Position numbers and translations under genes: made by a program. A stretch of DNA of 44,116 nucleotides from Prorocentrum cordatum (Eukaryota): positions 620,001-664,116 of the forward strand of contig CAUYUJ010000214.1 of NCBI GenBank assembly GCA_963575745.1, written 5' to 3'. The notes beneath the pieces were generated by a model. That model saw only the letters and a list, made by a program, of their open reading frames with translations. It was not told the DNA's origin and searched no databases. Below, one piece after another: positions 11,861-21,958 of the stretch; within the stretch, counting starts at the first letter, position 1; each line of letters opens with the position of its first letter.

Positions 11861-14047
11861 CCCTCGCACGCGTCGTGCGCCACAGGGAGTGGCATTTACA
11901 CCTTAAGATACGGGGTTTACCGTTTCTCTTGACCGACCGTGACATATCATAAGCAGTCGATCGGCAGCACAATGCCATTCCATCGCCATCCCTCCGTCTC
12001 GTCACAGGTCGAGAGACAGTCGTCAGGAAGCAGAGCTAAGGATGTAGGAGCGTGCAGTCTTCCCTCATTTGGATTCCCCCTCGCCCCTAGCAGCGCGCAG
12101 AGATAGCAAGAGAGAGAGAGAGAGAGATCAGGGGACTGCATTGACGCACGTGCTCCTTCCTCTGCTCACGACCTCCTCCGTGGCCGTTTTGGGCCCCAGC
12201 AGTTGTTGCTCTTCTGCTTTCCCCATTTTGAACCCTCACCCTCCGTGGGACCGGTCTTCACCGGGTGAGAAGGGCCACATGTTGTCCGTTTTGGGGATGC
12301 TATTTGCGTTGGCCGCTCGGTGGGCACATCCACCCCAAGGGGGGGGATCTTGTGTGCCGCGGTCATGGCGCGGACAGAGCACCTGTGTGTTGGGTCGGCG
12401 CATCCTTCCTTCCCAGGTGGAGTTCCGCACGGGCAACACACACGTCGGCGCATCCCTCGTACGCACCGTGCCCCACAGGGAGCTCCACGTGCGCTCCCAG
12501 ATCTGTCTGGGGGGTCGCATGCCGCCCACGCGCCCATGTCGTCCATCCCTTGCACGTGCCGTACAGTCGGGCCGCTGCAGAAGGAACCCTTATCGTTCGG
12601 GAGGGGCTCAGTGTTCCTTAGTCGTTCCACAGTGCTCCTTAGGTTCCCCTGAGGTATCCCATGGAAAGTCGGAGTTGAAAACGTATGGGAAAAAGGGACC
12701 TCGTTCCTCATTCGTCGTTCCTGAGGTCAGCGCCCCGACTGCACCTCACAGACGGGTCCACCCAGAATTGCGACCCCCCCAGGGCAAGGGCTCGCAGGAC
12801 ATGGCGTCACGCCCCTCGCACGGATCGTGCCCCACGAGGTATCCAGGAGGAGGGGGAGGAGGAGGAGGAGGAGGAGGAGGAGGAGGAGGAGGAGGAGGAG
12901 GAACGGAGGAGGAGGAGGAGGAGGAAAACGGAGGGGGAGGAGGAGGAGGGGAGGAGGAGGAGGAGGAGGAGGAGGAGGGAGGAGGAGGAGGAGGAACACG
13001 GGGTATCCCACCCATGGCCCCGGAGGCGGGGCTCGCACGCCCCTCCCGCGCCCATGGCGGCGCACGCCTCGCAGCTCCACTGAGAGGCGCGCGCGTGTCC
13101 AAGTCCAGTTCGCGCTGCGTGCCCCACAGGGAGCTTCTCACGCGGTCCCCAGCGCAGGGTTTGCAGCATGCCCGCCCCCCCCCCCCCCGCCAATGTCGGC
13201 ACGCCCCCATCCGCTGCGTCGTGCCCCCCCCGTGGCCCCAGTAGAGCTCCACGAGCGGCCCGAGGAGCAGGGCTTGCAGGGGCCCCCCAGCCCATTCCGC
13301 CTTGGTTGCATCCCCTGCGGAACGATGGGCAACGCGCACCCTGGAGGAGGTCAGAGGGTCGTCGCCACCGCCACCCCCGCCGCCCTCGTCGTCGTCGTCG
13401 TCATTTCTATTCTCCCACGTCGTCGCCGTCGATCGTCGTCGCCGCCGGGGCGTGGCGCCTGAGATGCTCAGACCTCCCACGTCGAGGCACGTGGCGACGG
13501 GTCCGCCGCCCGATGCGCTTCGGCACACCCCTCGCACGCGTCCTGCTGCCGCCGGGGAGCTCCCCGCCCACGGCTCGAGGTGCAGGGCTCGCCTGCCCCC
13601 CGCCAATGTTTGGCGCACCCCTCACGCGTGCCGCGCCCTCGCACAGCGCCCTCTCCCCTTCATTCGGGCGAAGAGAACTGTGCGCATGCACCGATCCTGG
13701 CAAGGCCCATCCTTGACCCAGGATCGGTGCACATGCCTTCCTGGCCAAGGCAGGAGGGCGCATGCACCGATCCTCGGCTCCGGGTGGGCCTGGCCAGAAT
13801 CGGTATATGTGCGTAGTTATCATTCCTCTATTCATTCCTCTCCCCTCGTCCTCTTCCTGCTCCCTCTTCCTCGTGTACTTTCCCGCGCCAGTTGCCCTGA
13901 CGCTCTTCAGTAGCACGTGGGGGCGCAGCTCTGCTGTGGTGATCCGCTTCGCTTTTGAATCATGGTGTCGTCGTCGCTTGCGGTTGATGAATCACACGTG
14001 CCGTGCCCCAAAGGTGCTCCTCCTACGACCCGTGGCCCCACATATAC

Positions 14048-14313
14048 GTAAGTTGGACTCGTCCCTCTACAGGAGGAATGTTCAAAAATAGTCAGAACTA
14101 GTCTGGGGACAATTTTGGTGAGTATTTTTTAAATGACCAACAATGGCAAATTTGCAAACATTTCGACTACTTTGGAAACAACTATTTTTGAATATTTTGG
14201 AAATAATCAAAATAGTAAAAACAAATCACATGTTTTGACCATGTTGGAGTATGTGTTGGGTATTGTTTATGTTTCGTCGAAAATCCTTCTGTAGGGGGAC
14301 ACGCCCGACTTAA
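14048..14313. mobile_element. MITE family A copy (longer internal region)
   Basis: Same termini and core; flanks ACATATAC/AGATGTAC (6/8). Confidence 0.75.
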
Positions 14314-14447
14314 AGATGTACGGGGGCTCGCCTCGCGCTCCCCCGCCCACAGTCCGGCACACCTCTGCAGCGCCGTCGCGCCCCACGGACAGCTTCCCAG
14401 ACGTGCGACGTCCAATTTTTGTTTGGGACGGCGTCCCTGGAATCCCG

Positions 14448-14602
14448 CTAGGGGGCCACATGCGAACCCTACCCCTACCCCCACGATTTCTGAGGGGGAG
14501 GGGGGGGGTCACTTCGTTCGGGAGCTCTCGAGCGAAGTGACCCCCCCCCTCCCCCTCAGAAATCGTGGGGGGTAGGGGTAGGGTTCGCATGTGGCCCCCT
14601 AG
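14448..14602. repeat. Near-perfect 155-bp palindrome (foldback MITE-like)
   Basis: CTAGGGGGCCACATGCGAACCCTACCCC... mirrored around a central AGCT with only a few mismatches. Confidence 0.9.
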
Positions 14603-14999
14603 ACGTCAAATTTTTTTCGGGACGGCGTCCCTGGAAGCCCGCTTCGCTCCCCAGGACCGGCGTTTCGTCCCGAGTCGTGCTCTTTCACGGCCCCGAGGCC
14701 CGGAGAGGGCCCCGCGAGGCCGAAAGTGGCCAAACGCCTCCCCTCCGGAGTTTTCCTAAGACGCGATCGTGTCTGGGTTCCACTATTCATGGCGGCAACA
14801 TCGCAGAGCGGATCTTGTTCGGAAAAGACTGGGATGGGCCCGGTATTTGAGAATCTCGGGGTCGGATCAGCGCTGCGAACATGGCCGGGTGATTGGCTGG
14901 CCGAGTGATTGGATCAGCGTTGCTAACACCCGGGGGGTGAGTGGTTGGGGGGCTGCGACGGAACATCGGAGAGGAAGGAAGATCTGGAACGAAAGAAAA

Positions 15000-15670
15000 G
15001 GGGAGGAGGAGGAGGAGGAGGAGGAGGAGGAGGAGGAGGAGGACGAGTCCTGGTGGAAGGTCCTCGTCCTGGAGGAGGGGCCCTGGAGGAGGAGGAGGAG
15101 GAGGAGGAGGAGGAGGAGGAGGAGGAGAGAGGAGGAGGAGGAGGAGGAGGAGGGGAGGGGGAGGGGAGGGGGAGGGGGGGAGGAGGGGGAGGAGGAGGAG
15201 GAGGAGGAGGAGGAGGAGGAGGAGGAGGAGGAGGAGGAGGAGGAGGAGGAGGAGGAGGAGGAGCAGCAGGGGGTGGGGGAGGGGGAGGAGGTGAGGAGGA
15301 GAGGAGGAGGAGGGAGGAGGAGGAGGAGGAGGAGGAGGAGGAGGGAGGAGGAGGAGGAGGAGGAGAGGAGGAGGAGGAGGAGGAGGAGGGAGGAGGAGGA
15401 GGAGGAGGAGGAGGAAGGAGGAGGTGAGGGAGGAGGAGGAGGAGGAGGAGGAGGAGGAGGAGGAGGAGAGGAGAGGAGGAGGAGGAGGAGGCGGAGGAGG
15501 AGAGGAGGAGGAGGAGGAGGAGGAGGAGGAGGAGGAGGAGGAGGAGGGGAGGAGGAGGAGGAGGAGGAGGAGGAGGAGGAGGAGGAGGAGGAGGAGAGAG
15601 GGGAGGAGGAGGAGGAGGAGGAGGAGGAGGAGGAGGAGGAGGATCAGGAGGAGGAGGAGGAGGAGGAGGA
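15000..15670. repeat. (GGA)n tract, representative of many GGA/CCT tracts in the window
   Basis: Seen directly; similar tracts at 1-149, 2470-2640, 3465-3760, 5553-5680, 12845-12993, 19330-19540, 36040-36680, 37620-37860 and 42233-42365. Confidence 0.95.
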
Positions 15671-16139
15671 GTCCTGGTGGAATGGTCCTCGATCCTGGGG
15701 CACTCTTTGAGATCCCCTTCTCATGCTGAGGGCCTCGGCAGCCCAGCCCGAAACCGCCAGACGACCCCAAGACCGCCCCCCCAGACCTCTCGGGGGGCAC
15801 GCCTTCCCTCCCTCCTCCTCCTCTCCTCCTCCCCTCCCCCTCCTCCTCCTCGTCCTCCTTCTACCCCTCTCTGCGCTCGCCTCATTCACCTCCTCCTCCT
15901 CCCTCCTGCTCCTCCTCCTCCTCCCTCCTCCTCCTCCTCCTCAACCTCCTCCCTTTCTCCCCTCTCTCCTCGCCTGGTCCGTCCATGTCCCCGCGATTGA
16001 CCAAGGGCTGCCTCCCAGGCCAGACTGCTGGCCGCTCCCAGGCCACGTTCGAGAGGGAGCGTGGTGCTGCATCCGAGGGTAGGGCCCCGAGATCCGACGC
16101 TCCAGCAAAGATTGGAGCGGGCGGCTGCTGGCTGTCTTT

Positions 16140-16290
16140 TGCCTCCCGGAGCCCTCTCCGGGTCTCGGGAGCGCCGAACAGCGACTTCAGGATGCAGAAG
16201 AAGACAAAAGCAGACATCGGCCTCCCGGAGCCCTCTCTGAGTCTCGGGAGCGTCGAAAAGCGACTTCAGGCTGCAAAAGCAGACAGGTGG
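16140..16290. repeat. ~79-bp tandem duplication
   Basis: GCCTCCCGGAGCCCTCTC.G.GTCTCGGGAGCG.CGAA.AGCGACTTCAGG.TGCA occurs twice. Confidence 0.85.
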
Positions 16291-16351
16291 TCCAGACCTC
16301 TGGGGCCGACGCATCGAACAAATTGGAGCGGCCGGATGTCTGGGGCGGAAG

Positions 16352-16566
16352 GAGAGTTCGCGCTGCCAGTGGATGGTGTTCGCTTTCTTGGGATAGCGGG
16401 ATACGAACACGACCCTCGCCTTCCAAGACTCGGACTTCGCATTCTTGAGGAGCGACCTCGCCTGCTGGACTTTACGGCCGATTCCGCTTTCTGGCATACG
16501 AACCTATATTTCCGGCGCTCGGACACCGACCAGGGAAAAAGCGATTTGGATGAGAGAATCGTTTGA
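16352..16566 (+). CDS. Probable terminal exon of an upstream gene (uncharacterised, possibly SAM-methyltransferase-like)
   Basis: Non-repetitive, protein-like (G)EFALPVDGVRFLGIAGYEHDPRLPRLGLRILEERPRLLDFTADSAFWHTNLYFRRSD...IV*; ag|G acceptor at 16350-16351; phase fits candidate exon 11511-11553. Confidence 0.5.
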
Positions 16567-16596
16567 ACCGCCCATACCCAGAGAGCTGGTGTGCTT

Positions 16597-16618
16597 TCCG
16601 TAGACATGCCAGCTCAAG
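16597..16618 (+). other. Relic dinoflagellate spliced leader (DinoSL) upstream of the GT31 gene
   Basis: TCCGTAGACATGCCAGCTCAAG matches DinoSL DCCGTAGCCATTTTGGCTCAAG at 17/22 positions without gaps, ending 58 nt before the ATG. Confidence 0.75.
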
Positions 16619-16676
16619 AGCGGTAGCTTCCGATGTTGATATCAAGCGCTGGTCAAAGCAATCAGTGTTTCCGATC

Positions 16677-17156
16677 ATGCAGTTGTTTCGCATGATTTGC
16701 ATGACGTTACCCGCGATAGCGATTTGCAGTGACCTCCATGATACGGCATGTCTCATACAGGCTCAGCGGTCGCACACATACAGTGGCATACAGTATGTCA
16801 TTCAAACAGGGGCGTCGTCAGTTTGGAGGGCAGCGCTGATGCAGTCGACTTGGATGCAAACTCAGCTGCGTGACGGCGATGGTGCTATACATGTCTGTGG
16901 CCCAGGGGACTGCGATAATGCCACGTTGAAGTCGAAGGTAGTAATCGACGAAGATTTTGAGGGTTGCGAGAAGAACCAGTGTAATGATTACATGAAGTCC
17001 GGTGTCAAGCTCCCAGCAGGCTTAACATACATGCACCAGCAGTTGGAACATCGCAAGATGCCGATGCCGGCATGGTGGGTGATGAAGGATGACGATACGT
17101 GGATTGACGCTCGTAACCTGAATACGTATCTCGAGCGGTATGACCCTGCAGACCCT
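16677..17156 (+). CDS. Fringe-like / GT31 glycosyltransferase, exon 1 (signal/anchor-like N-terminus, DDD motif)
   Basis: ATG at 16677 gives MQLFRMICMTLPAIAICS..., then IQYVIQTG..RAALMQSTW (Fringe 'hxhKT..R...TW' type) and WWVMKDDDTWIDARNLNTYLERYDPADP (GT31 DxD region). The 3' end is uncertain: 17147 if a GC donor is used, or 17156-17158 at the parsimonious junction. Confidence 0.88.
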
Positions 17157-17649
17157 ATCCAGCTGCCTGTTGGAAGTCCCGCCACAGTGCCAGCCCACCA
17201 TTCTGGGTGGCGAACAGGATGCCGTCGCGCGAGACACCTCGTGTCCCCAGGTTTCGGGGGGCCGCGATGAGGATGATGGAGATGATGCGCATGATGGGGA
17301 TGACGACGAGAAGGAGGGTGAGGAGGAGGAGGAGCAGGAGCAGGAGGAGAAGAAGGAGGACAAGGAAGGCCGTCACATGTGACACCCCACGTCTTCACTT
17401 CGTGAGGAGCCTTCATGAAGCTCACTTGGGCCGTCTTTGGGCTCACTTGGGCTTCTCCAGGGCAGTTTTGGGGGTCCCTTGGGCCCGCCTTTGGCCGCTT
17501 TGGGGCCCTCTTAGGCCGTGTTGGTTCTCTCGAGGGCCGTCTTGGGGCCCTCTGGGGGGGGGGATGTTTGAGCCAGCATGGGGCCGTCTTGGGCCGTTGA
17601 GGGGCTTCGTGAGGCCGCTGTGTGATGGCCGAAAGAAGGATATCTAAGG

Positions 17650-17810
17650 TTAAGTCGGGCCTGTCCCTCTACAGGTGGAATATTCAAAAATAGTGAAAAA
17701 ATAGTCTGGGGGCTATTATTTGACCATGTTTGAGCAGTTTTTAAGGTATTGTTTGGGTATTTTTTATTTTTCGCCCCAAATCGGCCTGTAAGGGGACAGG
17801 CACGACTTAA
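17650..17810. mobile_element. MITE family A (hAT-like, 8-bp TSD), copy within the GT31 insertion
   Basis: TIRs TTAAGTCGGGCCTGTCCC...GGGACAGGCACGACTTAA; perfect flanking duplication ATCTAAGG at 17642-17649 and 17811-17818. Confidence 0.85.
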
Positions 17811-19553
17811 ATCTAAGGCTGCCTTGCGTCCCTCCACATGCTCTCCTGGGCCGTCTCGGGGCAGACCCGGAGGCCTCCTGGGCAAGCGTGGGGTCAGCTC
17901 CGCTGTGGGTCATCGCGGGGCCCTCTCGAGGGCCTCTTAGTAGGGCCATCTTGGGGCCGGGTTGCAGGTCTCTTGGGCCGCGCGAGGCGAACGGACTCCC
18001 GAACAGGACAGAACGCGAAAGCAGATCACCAATTCAAGGAACAGCAGCGTTGTCGACGTGTCTAGGGGACTTGGTTGGGGGCCCTCGTGGGCCCCCTTTC
18101 AAAGCCTCTTATGCCTGCTTCAGGTGACCTTGGGCCGCCTCCGGGCAATCCTGGGGCGGCCTGAAGGCGTCTCTGGTCACCTTGGCGGCCCGGGTTGCCT
18201 GCCTGGGCCGTCTTGGACGTCCACGGGCGCGCGGCTCCCCCGCGTCTGTCATTCGCAAGGCTTGTGGCCAAGAGGGGCGCAGGCTCCCTGATTTCTTGCA
18301 AGGGGCCTTCGCCTCTCGAGGGGGGCGGTGCACGCGGCATCCTGCCCGAGGGGGGGCCCCACGGCAGGTTCGTGCGACGAGGGCACGCCAGCGAAGGCGT
18401 TCAAGGCCGGCTTCTGCACCGTGGGAGCACCGAGGGACACGGTGACGGCACGGGACCCGGCGGAATTCAATCCTGAACGATCGGGGCCGCGATCGGGGGT
18501 TGAACGATCGACGCGGTGTCAAAAACCTACCGAACGAAGGATTCAGAATTTACCCAACGAAGGTTTCAGAAATGCTGCCATGAAGCACTTGGAATCCTAC
18601 GGTCGGGAACTTTGGATATCGTGTCGCTCGTCATCGAGGATCGAATATTTTAATATCACCTGATACCTAACCCTAATACCTTAAGATAACGGTGAAGATG
18701 TAGCCTCACTCAGGGTCCCCGTCTTTGCATCAGGGATATTACCTCTGGGCGGTTTGACTCGATGCATCTGCAGAACAGGCAGCCTACCCCTAATCGTCGA
18801 CTCCCAGGAAAAGAAGGGGAAACTATGGGAGGTGGGGGGGAAGACGAAAACCCAGAAGATATGGGAAAACATTGGGAATCCTGTTATCTGTGTCTATTGA
18901 TTTGTGTGTCCCAGGGCCGCCAGCGCGGTATGCTACATTACGCGTCACCTGACGCGGGAAGTTTACGCGCGCATGTCGGCGCAGACGACTCAACTCGTTG
19001 TTGCGTCGCTAGGGTGTCCTCCTCTTCCTCCTCCTCCTCCTCCTCCCTCCTCCTCCGTTTCCTCCTCCTCCTCCTCCTTCTCCTCCTCCTCCTCCTCCTC
19101 CTCCCTCCTCCTCCTCCTTCCTCCCTCTTCATCCTCCTCCTCCCTCCGGGGTCCGAGCCTCTGCGGAGCCTCTCTCGACGCCCCGCGGGGGAGCGGGGCG
19201 GCAGGCCGCCTACGCGCACAAAGAGGAGCAGAGCGCGTCGCCCGGGCGCGGCGGCGGGCCGGCGCGGCGTCCAGACGTTCCGCGGCCGTGCCACGCCTCA
19301 AAGTGCCAGGTGGCACGGTGTCGGGCAAGGACGAGGAGGAGGAGGAGCAGGAGGAGCAGGAGGAGCAGGAGGAGGATGGGGATGGGGAGGGGGAGGGGGA
19401 GTGGGGGAGGCGGAGGAGGAGGAGGAGGAGGAGGAGGAGGAGGAGAAGGAGGAGCAGGAGCCGGAGGAGGAGCAGGAGGACGAGGAGGAGGAGGAGGAGG
19501 AGGACGAGGAGGAGGAGGAGGAGGCGGACGAGGAGGAAGCAACGTGCCAAGAG

Positions 19554-19973
19554 GCACGGTGTCGGATTATGATCGGGGGGAACGTCGGGGGATGCCCCGG
19601 GCTGTGTGGTGGAGCTGGTGTGGTTGTCAGCTGGCGCTTGGCGGCAGCGTTGGCCTCCCACGGTCGACAGTGGGTGGATGGAATAAGACATAGCGTCATC
19701 CGTGGATCGGGCGATTGGTACTGGGACTTGCAGTTGCCGGCGATGGCCAAGCACATCGAACCACGTACAGAAGTGATTTACGACAAGTCTTTCCACACAT
19801 GGGGACCCTATGACGAGCCTTGTCTCAGTGGTGCAAAACCTTCACAATATGCGGAAATCTCTTGCTATACAACTGCAGCATGCAAGTGTGCATTTGCAGC
19901 TAAACCAATTTCCTTTCATATCAAGGTCAATTTCAACGACTCCATCCAGAAGCTGACGGAGACTGGCTGTTGA
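19554..19973 (+). CDS. Fringe-like / GT31 glycosyltransferase, exon 2
   Basis: Same frame as exon 1: (ARCR)IMIGGNVGGCPGLCGGAGVVVSWRLA...WYWDLQL...KPISFHIK...GC*. It contains the GGAG-x-h-S motif, an acidic residue at the D-x-x-L position and the C-terminal SFH typical of the Fringe/C1GALT group. AG|G acceptor at 19552-19553. The joined protein is about 295 aa. Confidence 0.88.
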   Translation, partial: ARCRIMIGGNVGGCPGLCGGAGVVVSWRLAAALASHGRQWVDGIRHSVIRGSGDWYWDLQLPAMAKHIEPRTEVIYDKSFHTWGPYDEPCLSGAKPSQYAEISCYTTAACKCAFAAKPISFHIKVNFNDSIQKLTETGC

Positions 19974-21355
19974 AACGGATACATGTGTTTGCGGCCGCCA
20001 TCACATGCCGAGTTTGTGCGTACAATTGTTATCTTCCCAATGAAATTTGTCGCTGCAAGATGTTCCCGATTGATGCTCGGCCTGTGCGGCGCCGGCGCCG
20101 GCTTGCGCCGCCAGCGGCACTGTGTTGTTTAGTCGATGCCTCTTACTGAAAAATCCCCGCCTTCGGCAGGCAGCTGTGTTCGGTTGGGACGTCGCACGCC
20201 CAGGGGAACCCCTCGCTTTTGTAAGCGTCTGCCAGGGCCAGGGCTCTCGCAACACGCTTCTGCGCAAGTAAGAGCCATCCCCCCCGCTTGAGCCCCACTG
20301 CGCTGGGCCTCTAAGTGCGACCCTTTGCTTGTACGGTTATGACACGGATGTTTGAGTACACGTCTAGTCACCAATCAGCATCACCATCACAGTCGGCATC
20401 ACCATCCTATTTCTAGTCGGCACCACCATCATCATAACCATCACCGTCGCACTATCGCCCTCACCACCAGAACTGTTGGTGGCCTAGCGTACGTAATCGG
20501 TTCGTTTTGCGACGGCCTTGCGAAATTATTCCATTGGATGAATATACATTGTGTTATTATGGTAAATCCGTCGGTCAATACCAAGGAGACCCTCACGACC
20601 ATTGCCCCCCTGGTCTACGATGCGTACAGGTGCATCAACTACCGACGTCACGCCCAGATCCCCCTGCCGACAGCAGCCCTCTTCGACACAATGACACAAT
20701 GGGTCCGTGAAAGTGTGCGTAAACACGATCCTTCCACCCGCGTCCTTATCCGACGTTGGATTCCGGGCGCCTCCCATCCGCTCCCGTGGGCGCCATGATA
20801 CCCTTACCACTTCTAGTCCCACCAACCCTCCGACTTCCCACCCTAACCACCTATCGACCTCCAGCCACCACCGACTTGGCACTCCGACGTCCAGCTTTTA
20901 GCAACCGACTCCCCCCCCTCCGCCACCCATCGCCCTCCACCACCCGTCGCACACCGGCCTCCGCCGACCCGCGGCTTTCGACCTCCAGCCTCAATCAGCT
21001 CGGCTCCAGCCTCCAGCACCCGACCTGCCACCCCCACCACCCCCAATCGACATGCAGACTTTACCACAGCTCTATTGGCCACACGTCCTAGACAAGCATC
21101 AGCCTTCCACGAGGGTTCAACCTCAACGGGCAATGTCGCCAGGACGATCCGACACCAGCTCTGGCGACCTCGACATGGACCAGCACCGACGCCGACTCCT
21201 ACGCTAGATCGGCCACGCAACTCCGACTCTCCCACCTGCTCGGGCTCCAGCTCCGGCGCCCTCCCGGCGCTACCTCCGGCTCCGACCCCGGCCTCGGCTC
21301 CAGCTCCAGGCCCCGCAGGTCTTCTCCGGCTCCCGGCGTCCCCTAGAATCCGACA

Positions 21356-21508
21356 AAGGCGTCTGTACATCACCGCCGTGCAAGGCCAGGGCCATTCTGG
21401 GCCCTAGGATGGTGTATGGACCCTCCTGGCCTCGGCCAGGAGGGCGTATACACCATGCCAGGGCCAGGATGGCCCTGGCTTGGCAAGGTGGTGGTGCATA
21501 GAGGCCTC
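21356..21508. repeat. Imperfect ~150-bp palindrome, family D
   Basis: Arms centred on CCTCCTGGCC-TC-GGCCAGGAGG; related sequences at ~5150-5280, 13687-13808 and 23200-23412. Confidence 0.7.
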
Positions 21509-21529
21509 TTGCGGATAGAATCACCCCCA

Positions 21530-21770
21530 CCCGCGGCCGCCGCGTGGCCACCCTTGGCCGCCCGTGGCCGCCCCGCGACCGCCCCGTGGCCGCCCCGTGG
21601 CCGCCCCGTGGCCGCCCCGTGCTCGAGCGCCGAGTAGCTTTGGGGGCCGTCGCCCCGTGGCCGCCACGTGGCCGCCACGTGACCGCCACGTGGCCGCCAC
21701 GTGGCCGCCCCGTGGCCGCCCCGTGGCCGCCCCGTGGCCGCCCTTGGCGGCCCCGCGGCCGCCCCGCGTA
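21530..21770. repeat. 11-bp minisatellite (GTGGCCGCCCC / GTGGCCGCCAC)
   Basis: Seen directly. Confidence 0.9.
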
Positions 21771-21796
21771 GCTTCTTGCATCACATGTGCTGCGTT

Positions 21797-21958
21797 TTGA
21801 GTCGGGCGTCTCCCTCTGCAGGAGGGATACTCAAACATAGTTAACAAAAATACTCTGGGGACTATCTGTTGCGACTGTGTGCGCATCTGGGCATGTGTTT
21901 GGCTAGTTTTGATTTTTCGTCCAAAAAATCCGCCTGCAAGGGGACATGCCCGACCTGA
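21797..21958. mobile_element. MITE family A copy
   Basis: Same TIRs and core; TSD not recognisable. Confidence 0.75.

Noticed and set aside
18664..18680. Telomere-like CCTAACCCTAA (and CCCTACCCCTA at ~14467)
   Set aside because: Only one or two imperfect units, not an array.
20288..20308. Minus-strand GGCTCAAG as a third SL relic
   Set aside because: Only about 13/21 identity and no convincing downstream ORF.
20480..20798. Non-repetitive + strand ORF (…TKETLTTIAPLVYDAYRCINY…WIPGASHPLPWAP)
   Set aside because: No recognisable motif or clear splice and start context; it cannot be supported without a search.
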